This document shows, piece by piece, positions 48,758 through 53,808 of a stretch of DNA of 53,808 nucleotides. Under the pieces are notes generated by a model. That model was not told where the DNA came from and ran no database searches. It saw only the letters and a list, made by a program, of their open reading frames with translations. The stretch is from a virus (lineage: Duplodnaviria > Caudoviricetes), in the IMG/VR virus record IMGVR_UViG_3300027586_000011, positions 1-53,808 of that record, one strand, 5' to 3'. Every line of letters starts with the position of its first letter. Position 1 is the first letter of the stretch. The position numbers and the translations under genes are program-made.

Positions 48758-49603
48758 ATGACTAAAAATTTACTAAAGACCGTAATGATAAAAAAGGACA
48801 ATCTTCCAGAAGATCCCGAATGGATTGAGGGTTTGGCTGCTGAGATGGAAAAAGGCTACACGATAGATCTTAAGCCAAAGTTTACTAAGAAATATACATT
48901 TGCACCATCTACACTGACATACGGAGCAGGAGAGTGTGCTCGATTTTGGTACTTGGCATTTGATGGGGCAGTCTTTTACGATAATGCAGATGCCTTTGGT
49001 GTTGCTAATAGAACACAAGGAACTCTTGCTCACGACAGAATTCAAGATGCAGTATTAAAGTCTGGTCTTCTTGCAGAGGATATGGAATTTGATGCTGAAC
49101 CAAGTAAGTATAAAAAGCAAATTCATCCAGGTTTAGAATTTAGAATTAAAAGCGATGATCCTCCAATCTCTGGATATGGAGATGTTATGCTTAACTATAA
49201 GGGTAACACAATTCTTGGCGAAATAAAAACTGCTCCAATTGAGGGGTTTGAATATCGCAAGGCAAAAAGGAAGGGCAAGATCGCTCACCTTATGCAGTTG
49301 ATTATGTATATGAAGATAATGAAAAAGGATAAAGGAGCACTCATTTATGAAAATAAAAATAATCACGAGTTGCTTGTTATTCCTGTAGAAGTAAACGATC
49401 ATTACCGTCGGTGGGTAGACCAGGCATTTGATTGGATGAGGTTAGTAAGAAAAGCGTGGGAAGATCAGACTTTGCCACAAAAAACATATAGAGCAAACTC
49501 AAAGATTTGCAAAGTGTGTCCCATTCAAAAAGCATGTGCCGAAGCAGAGGCAGGGGTAATCAAAATTAAACCTCTGGAGTTACTAGAAAATGAAGAACTG
49601 TAG
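48758..49603 (+). CDS. Cas4/RecB-like PD-(D/E)XK exonuclease with Fe-S cysteines
   Basis: ECAR, GTLAH, GYGD, GEIKT, QLIMY and CKVCPIQKAC; no other cas genes or array. Confidence 0.8.
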   Translation: MTKNLLKTVMIKKDNLPEDPEWIEGLAAEMEKGYTIDLKPKFTKKYTFAPSTLTYGAGECARFWYLAFDGAVFYDNADAFGVANRTQGTLAHDRIQDAVLKSGLLAEDMEFDAEPSKYKKQIHPGLEFRIKSDDPPISGYGDVMLNYKGNTILGEIKTAPIEGFEYRKAKRKGKIAHLMQLIMYMKIMKKDKGALIYENKNNHELLVIPVEVNDHYRRWVDQAFDWMRLVRKAWEDQTLPQKTYRANSKICKVCPIQKACAEAEAGVIKIKPLELLENEEL

Positions 49604-49868
49604 TTGGTGTGACAACCAATTTGAAACAAAAATATCTTATCAGATATATTGTTCGATAGATTGCAGAGAGTCTGCAACTAAAGAAAAAATTGCTGCACGA
49701 TATTTAATATCAAGAAGACAAAAACGTATTGGAAAAGAAAGACTTTGTAAAAATTGCAAAGAGGAATTGTCAATATATAATGATGATCCTCTTTGTAATT
49801 CTTGTTTGGTAAACCCTGCAGAAGTAGCAAAAGCCTTAAAAGAAATTAAGAGGAGAACAAAAGAGTGA
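49590..49868 (+). CDS. Cys-rich zinc-finger protein
   Basis: CSWC, CSIDC, CKNC, CNSC. Confidence 0.65.
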   Translation: MKNCSWCDNQFETKISYQIYCSIDCRESATKEKIAARYLISRRQKRIGKERLCKNCKEELSIYNDDPLCNSCLVNPAEVAKALKEIKRRTKE

Positions 49869-50461
49869 AACTTTCAGTTGTAACTAAGACCATCAAGCCA
49901 AAGACTATATGCGCTATAGATGCAAGCACAAACAGTCTTGCTTTTGCTCTTTTTGATACCCAACAAAAATCATTGGGTACTGTAGGAAAAATAAACTTTG
50001 AAGGAAAAGATACATATGAAAAAGTTATGGATGCAGGCAAAAAGGTAAAAGCATTTTTTGATTACTATGGTGGGTTTGAGGCAATAGTAATTGAGCATAC
50101 TGTATTTATGAATAGCCCAAAGACCGCTGCAGACCTTGCTCTTGTTCAGGGAGCCATACTAGGATCAGCAGGTCAGGTAGGAACAAAAATAATTGGCAAG
50201 GTTGCACCTATTACCTGGCAAAACTTTATTGGAAATAAAAAAATATCTAAAGATGAAAAATTATTTATTAAGTCACAAAATCCAGGGAAGTCAGAATCAT
50301 GGCTTAAAACCTATGAGAGAGAACTAAGAAAGCAAAGGACCATAAAGTATATAAATACTATTTATGATAGAACAATTACTGATAACGATGTAGCAGATGC
50401 TTGCGGTATCGGTCATTGGGCCTTGTCAAATTGGAATAAAGCGATAGGAGTTGACAATTAA
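49865..50461 (+). CDS. RuvC-like Holliday junction resolvase
   Basis: AIDAS, IVIEH and DVADA carboxylate motifs. Confidence 0.78.
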   Translation: MKLSVVTKTIKPKTICAIDASTNSLAFALFDTQQKSLGTVGKINFEGKDTYEKVMDAGKKVKAFFDYYGGFEAIVIEHTVFMNSPKTAADLALVQGAILGSAGQVGTKIIGKVAPITWQNFIGNKKISKDEKLFIKSQNPGKSESWLKTYERELRKQRTIKYINTIYDRTITDNDVADACGIGHWALSNWNKAIGVDN

Positions 50462-50479
50462 TACTATGGGTGCTAAACT
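50451..50479 (+). promoter_or_regulatory. SigA promoter TTGACA-17-(TGC)TAAACT
   Basis: -35 at 50451-50456, -10 at 50474-50479; overlaps the start of a small HTH gene. Confidence 0.55.
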
Positions 50480-50621
50480 ATATACATCAGAGGTTTTTAT
50501 GCGTAAGAGATATCTTATGGATAAAAAGACTCCAGAAGATATTGCTAAGGAGTGCGGAGTGAGTCTAGAGACTATTTACGTATACCTTGCTAAATTTGGA
50601 TTAAGGAAATCAAAACGATGA
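50466..50621 (+). CDS. Small helix-turn-helix protein (51 aa), missed by ORF track
   Basis: KTPEDIAKECGVSLETIYVYL is a classic HTH; alternative ATG at 50499. Confidence 0.75.
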   Translation: MGAKLYTSEVFMRKRYLMDKKTPEDIAKECGVSLETIYVYLAKFGLRKSKR

Positions 50622-50740
50622 GCAAAGTAGAAAAAGCATTAGTTGCCATTGCTGTAGTAGGCATGGTCGGTTTTGGATTTGCAATTACAGCACTAAAAGG
50701 AATTCCAGAAGCATTTGATTGGGAGGAAGATGATGAGTGA
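50618..50740 (+). CDS. Small single-pass membrane protein (40 aa), missed by ORF track
   Basis: ATGA-coupled; MSKVEKALVAIAVVGMVGFGFAITALKGIPEAFDWEEDDE. Confidence 0.6.
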   Translation: MSKVEKALVAIAVVGMVGFGFAITALKGIPEAFDWEEDDE

Positions 50741-50975
50741 AAACTTAAACATAACAGTTGATCAAGTAAACAACCCAAGACATTACACATCAGACCCTTC
50801 TGGTATTGAGTGTATAGAGATTACTAGACACAGAAACTTTAATATTGGCAATGCCTTTAAGTATCTTTGGAGAGCGGGACTTAAAGATGAACAAAAAACA
50901 ATTCAAGATCTTGAGAAAGCAATCTTTTATATCAAGGATGAAATAAACAGACTAGAGGGCAAGTATGTCAACTGA
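50733..50975 (+). CDS. DUF3310 (SaV-like) protein
   Basis: VNNPRHY, IECIE, GNAFKYLWRAG and DLEKAIFY; SD GGAGG upstream (ATG 50730 or 50733). Confidence 0.8.
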   Translation: MSENLNITVDQVNNPRHYTSDPSGIECIEITRHRNFNIGNAFKYLWRAGLKDEQKTIQDLEKAIFYIKDEINRLEGKYVN

Positions 50976-51501
50976 AGAAGATTTAGTAAAGCATCTTGAT
51001 CAAGTAAATCAAGTAGTTGAAGAATACTTAAAGGGTAATGACCCAACACAGATATCAAAAGAATTAGCAATACCAAGACAAAGAGTTGTTGCATACATTG
51101 ATGAGTGGAAAGTTAATGCATCTAACAATGCAGTAATTCGTGCTCGTGCAAGAGAAGCATTGGCTGCTGCCGATGCTCATTATGGAAAATTAATTTCAAA
51201 ATCTTATGAGGTTATTGATGAAGCATCTATGACTAATAATCTTAGCGCAAAGACTGCAGGAATTAAACTTGTTATGGATATAGAGTCTAAGCGCATTGAC
51301 ATGCTGCAGAAGGCTGGCTTGCTTGAGAACAAAGAACTTGCAGAAGAGATGATAGAAATTGAGCGTCGTCAAGAAGTTCTTGTTGTTATATTAAAAGACA
51401 TTGCATCTGAATATCCACAAGTCCGTGACGAAATTATGCGTAGACTATCATCATTTGCAAAAGACAACGAGGTGATTACAGTTGTCCACGATGTTCAATG
51501 A
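50965..51501 (+). CDS. Probable terminase small subunit
   Basis: N-terminal HTH (PTQISKELAIPRQRV) and helical body; directly upstream of the large terminase. Confidence 0.6.
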   Translation: MSTEEDLVKHLDQVNQVVEEYLKGNDPTQISKELAIPRQRVVAYIDEWKVNASNNAVIRARAREALAAADAHYGKLISKSYEVIDEASMTNNLSAKTAGIKLVMDIESKRIDMLQKAGLLENKELAEEMIEIERRQEVLVVILKDIASEYPQVRDEIMRRLSSFAKDNEVITVVHDVQ

Positions 51502-53263
51502 GTTTCTTGAAGCACTAAAGTCTGATCATTTTGAAGAGATTCCTGTAGATACAAGGACATTTGTTGAAGGCGAAGATTTTTTAGGTCAACCACCCTTATC
51601 AGATATTCAGTATGACATTGTTGAAGCAATGAGTCAGATATATCGCAAAGAAGATTTAGTCAATCTTATGGGTGAAGAAGCAGGAACAAGGTACTATGAA
51701 AAATACACAAAGAATGAAATCATTCTTCAACTTGGAAAGGGATCTGGAAAAGACTTTACATCAACAGTAGCATGTTCATACATTGTATACAAACTGCTAT
51801 GTTTAAAAGATCCAGCAAAATATTTTGGTAAGCCATCTGGTGATGCTATTGACCTCATCAATGTGGCTATTAACGCACAACAAGCAAAGAATGTTTTCTT
51901 TAAAGGATTTAAGTCTAAGATCGAAAGATCACCTTGGTTTATAGGAAAATATTATGCAAAGGCTGACTCTGTTGAGTTTAATAAATCAATTACAGTTTAC
52001 TCTGGTCACTCCGAAAGAGAGTCTCACGAGGGTTTAAACCTTTTACTTGCGGTGCTTGATGAGATTTCTGGTTTTGCGTCTGAGGTCAACACAGGAAATG
52101 AGCAAGGAAAGACTGCTGATAATATTTACAAAGCATTCCGTGGATCAGTAGACTCTCGTTTCCCTGACCTTGGAAAGGTTGTTCTTCTCTCATTCCCAAG
52201 ATTTCCAGGAGACTTTATTTCAGAAAAGTATGATGCAGTTATTGCTGAAAAAGAAGTAATTGAAAGAACCCATGAATTTATAATTAACCCATTGTTGCCA
52301 GACACAGACCCAGGAAATAAATTTCAAATATCTTGGGATGAAGATCAGATTGTCTCGTATAAGTATCCAGGAGTTTTTGCACTAAAGCGGCCTACCTGGG
52401 AAGTAAACCCTACTAGAAAGATTGATGACTTTAAAATTGCTTTTATGACAGATCTTGGAGATGCTATGCAAAGATTTGCTTGTGTTCCAACATTTGCTTC
52501 TGATGCATTTTTTAAGCAGGCAGACAAAGTAAGATCCTGTATGACTCTTCGTAATCCTGTGGATAACTTTAGAAGGTTTGATGAAGCATTCAAGCCTGAT
52601 CCAGACAAGGTTTATTATGTCCATGCTGACTTAGCCCAAAAGCACGATAAGTGTGCGGTAGCAATTGCTCACGTAGATAAGTGGGTAAATATCCAGGTAA
52701 TTAACAACTACGAACAAGTAGCACCAATAGTTATAGTTGATGCCGTCGCTTGGTGGGAGCCAAAGGTAGAAGGCCCAGTTAATCTTTCAGAAGTTAAACA
52801 ATGGATTCAGAATTTAAGAAGACTTGGTTTTAATATTGGAATGGTTTCGTTTGACCGTTGGCAATCATTTGATATTCAAAATGAATTAAAGCAGGTTGGA
52901 ATAAGAACTGATACTGTTTCTGTTGCTAAAAAACATTATGAGGATATGGCTATGCTTGTGTATGAGGAAAGAGTTGCCATGCCATCTATCGAACTTCTGT
53001 TTGATGAACTAACCCAGTTAAAGATAATGAAAAATGATAGAGTTGACCACCCCCGCAAAAAGTCAAAGGACTTGGCAGATGCTGTGTGTGGAGCAATATT
53101 TGGGGCAATATCACATACCCCAAAAGACCAAAACCAGGTCATAGAAGTTCATACTATTAGTGATCGACCTAAGCAGGTTGACATGGGTAAGAACAATGTG
53201 ATACACTATAAACCTATGCCAGATGATGTAAAAGACTATCTGGATAGATTTAATCTATTATAA
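51491..53263 (+). CDS. Terminase large subunit
   Basis: Walker A LGKGSGKD, Walker B AVLDE, coupling motif LSFP; nuclease HADLA, FDRWQS and KDLADA. Track start is 51482. Confidence 0.9.
   Translation: MFNEFLEALKSDHFEEIPVDTRTFVEGEDFLGQPPLSDIQYDIVEAMSQIYRKEDLVNLMGEEAGTRYYEKYTKNEIILQLGKGSGKDFTSTVACSYIVYKLLCLKDPAKYFGKPSGDAIDLINVAINAQQAKNVFFKGFKSKIERSPWFIGKYYAKADSVEFNKSITVYSGHSERESHEGLNLLLAVLDEISGFASEVNTGNEQGKTADNIYKAFRGSVDSRFPDLGKVVLLSFPRFPGDFISEKYDAVIAEKEVIERTHEFIINPLLPDTDPGNKFQISWDEDQIVSYKYPGVFALKRPTWEVNPTRKIDDFKIAFMTDLGDAMQRFACVPTFASDAFFKQADKVRSCMTLRNPVDNFRRFDEAFKPDPDKVYYVHADLAQKHDKCAVAIAHVDKWVNIQVINNYEQVAPIVIVDAVAWWEPKVEGPVNLSEVKQWIQNLRRLGFNIGMVSFDRWQSFDIQNELKQVGIRTDTVSVAKKHYEDMAMLVYEERVAMPSIELLFDELTQLKIMKNDRVDHPRKKSKDLADAVCGAIFGAISHTPKDQNQVIEVHTISDRPKQVDMGKNNVIHYKPMPDDVKDYLDRFNLL
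53178..53207 (+). promoter_or_regulatory. SigA promoter TTGACA-18-(TGA)TACACT
   Basis: Inside the terminase 3' end; SD AAGGAG before ATG 53280. Confidence 0.6.
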
Positions 53264-53279
53264 ACAAGGAGAATACCGA

Positions 53280-53808
53280 ATGAATTCATTCAAGAAAATC
53301 GCTCTAGCCATGGTTGCAGCCATGACTCTGGGCACAATCGTAGCAACGCCTGCAAACGCTGCTGTAATGACAGTCGCTGTATCGCTTGACACTGTAGCAA
53401 ACACTACAGCATCAGCAATCGCAACGCCTGCATCACTACCAGTCCCTGCAGACAACTCAGTAGATGCTGCTGACGCACTAAAGTTTATTGCAACAGTTGA
53501 TGTTGGAACAAGCGTTTCAGTCGTAGCAACAAATGCAACAATCGTGTCTGCACTACACACAACTGCTGCACCAGTAGGAGCAACATCAGGATCATCATCT
53601 TTGACGATTGCCACTGGTACAGGAACAACAGCAACATTTTGGGTATACACAAAGACCACAGCAATTGGTACAGTTGTAATCACTAATGGTGGAACACAAC
53701 TTACATACTACGTACAGGGAACTGCTGGTAAGATTAATACTCTTACAGTATCTGCTCCTGCTGCTGGTGCTGCTGGTACAAAGCAAGACATCTCAGTAAC
53801 TGCAACAG
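53280..53808 (+). CDS. Secreted Ala/Thr/Val-rich surface-like protein (3'-truncated), missed by ORF track
   Basis: MNSFKKIALAMVAAMTLGTIVATPANA|A is a Sec signal peptide with an AxA site; strong SD; frame open to the window end. Confidence 0.8.
   Translation, partial: MNSFKKIALAMVAAMTLGTIVATPANAAVMTVAVSLDTVANTTASAIATPASLPVPADNSVDAADALKFIATVDVGTSVSVVATNATIVSALHTTAAPVGATSGSSSLTIATGTGTTATFWVYTKTTAIGTVVITNGGTQLTYYVQGTAGKINTLTVSAPAAGAAGTKQDISVTAT

Noticed and set aside
48758-49603. CRISPR-Cas system
   Set aside because: Solo Cas4-like nuclease with no cas1/cas2 or array; sits in a recombination context.
238-53786. Minus-strand ORFs in the track (e.g. 1804-2202, 30485-30988, 53258-53683) and short overlapping plus-strand ORFs
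   Set aside because: They lie antisense to or inside well-supported genes, lack SDs and motifs, and reflect the GCA/ACA-rich codon bias of the sense strand.
1-53808. Stop-codon reassignment, introns/inteins, tRNAs
   Set aside because: Core genes (nrdJ, dnaB, dnaE, terminase) are uninterrupted and of ordinary length in the standard code, and intergenic gaps are too short or lack cloverleafs. Judged by eye; tRNAscan/Infernal were not run.

Overview
This window is a 53.8 kb segment of a large, AT-rich tailed phage genome (Caudoviricetes, siphovirus-type). All credible genes lie on the + strand and read in the standard code. Gene order: (1) tail-fibre/appendage genes, ending in an FN3 protein with 20 aromatic pentapeptide repeats; (2) an accessory cassette (Cys-rich protein, sulfotransferase, unknown protein); (3) class II ribonucleotide reductase (nrdJ); (4) a large virion protein, portal, protease/scaffold, major capsid, neck and tail tube; (5) two paralogous tail-assembly chaperones, a 3350-aa tape measure protein and tail-tip genes; (6) a replication/recombination block (DnaB, primase, SSB, DnaE, RecA, Cas4-like nuclease, two resolvase-like nucleases); (7) terminase and a truncated secreted surface-like protein. 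Gene content, SigA-type extended -10 promoters and several apparently leaderless starts suggest an actinobacterial host, possibly freshwater (inference only). Most notable: (a) the FN3-[FY][SA]F[TV]P x20-GG-Cys-peptide gene followed by candidate tailoring genes, a possible virion-fibre modification or RiPP-like system; (b) apparent replacement of the usual G/GT tail-chaperone frameshift by gene duplication; (c) a nested scaffold start inside the protease gene; (d) a tape measure protein with a duplicated DTVPAMLTPGE motif. I saw no tRNA, rRNA, CRISPR array, integrase, reverse transcriptase or lysis gene. All product calls come from motif recognition, not database searches.
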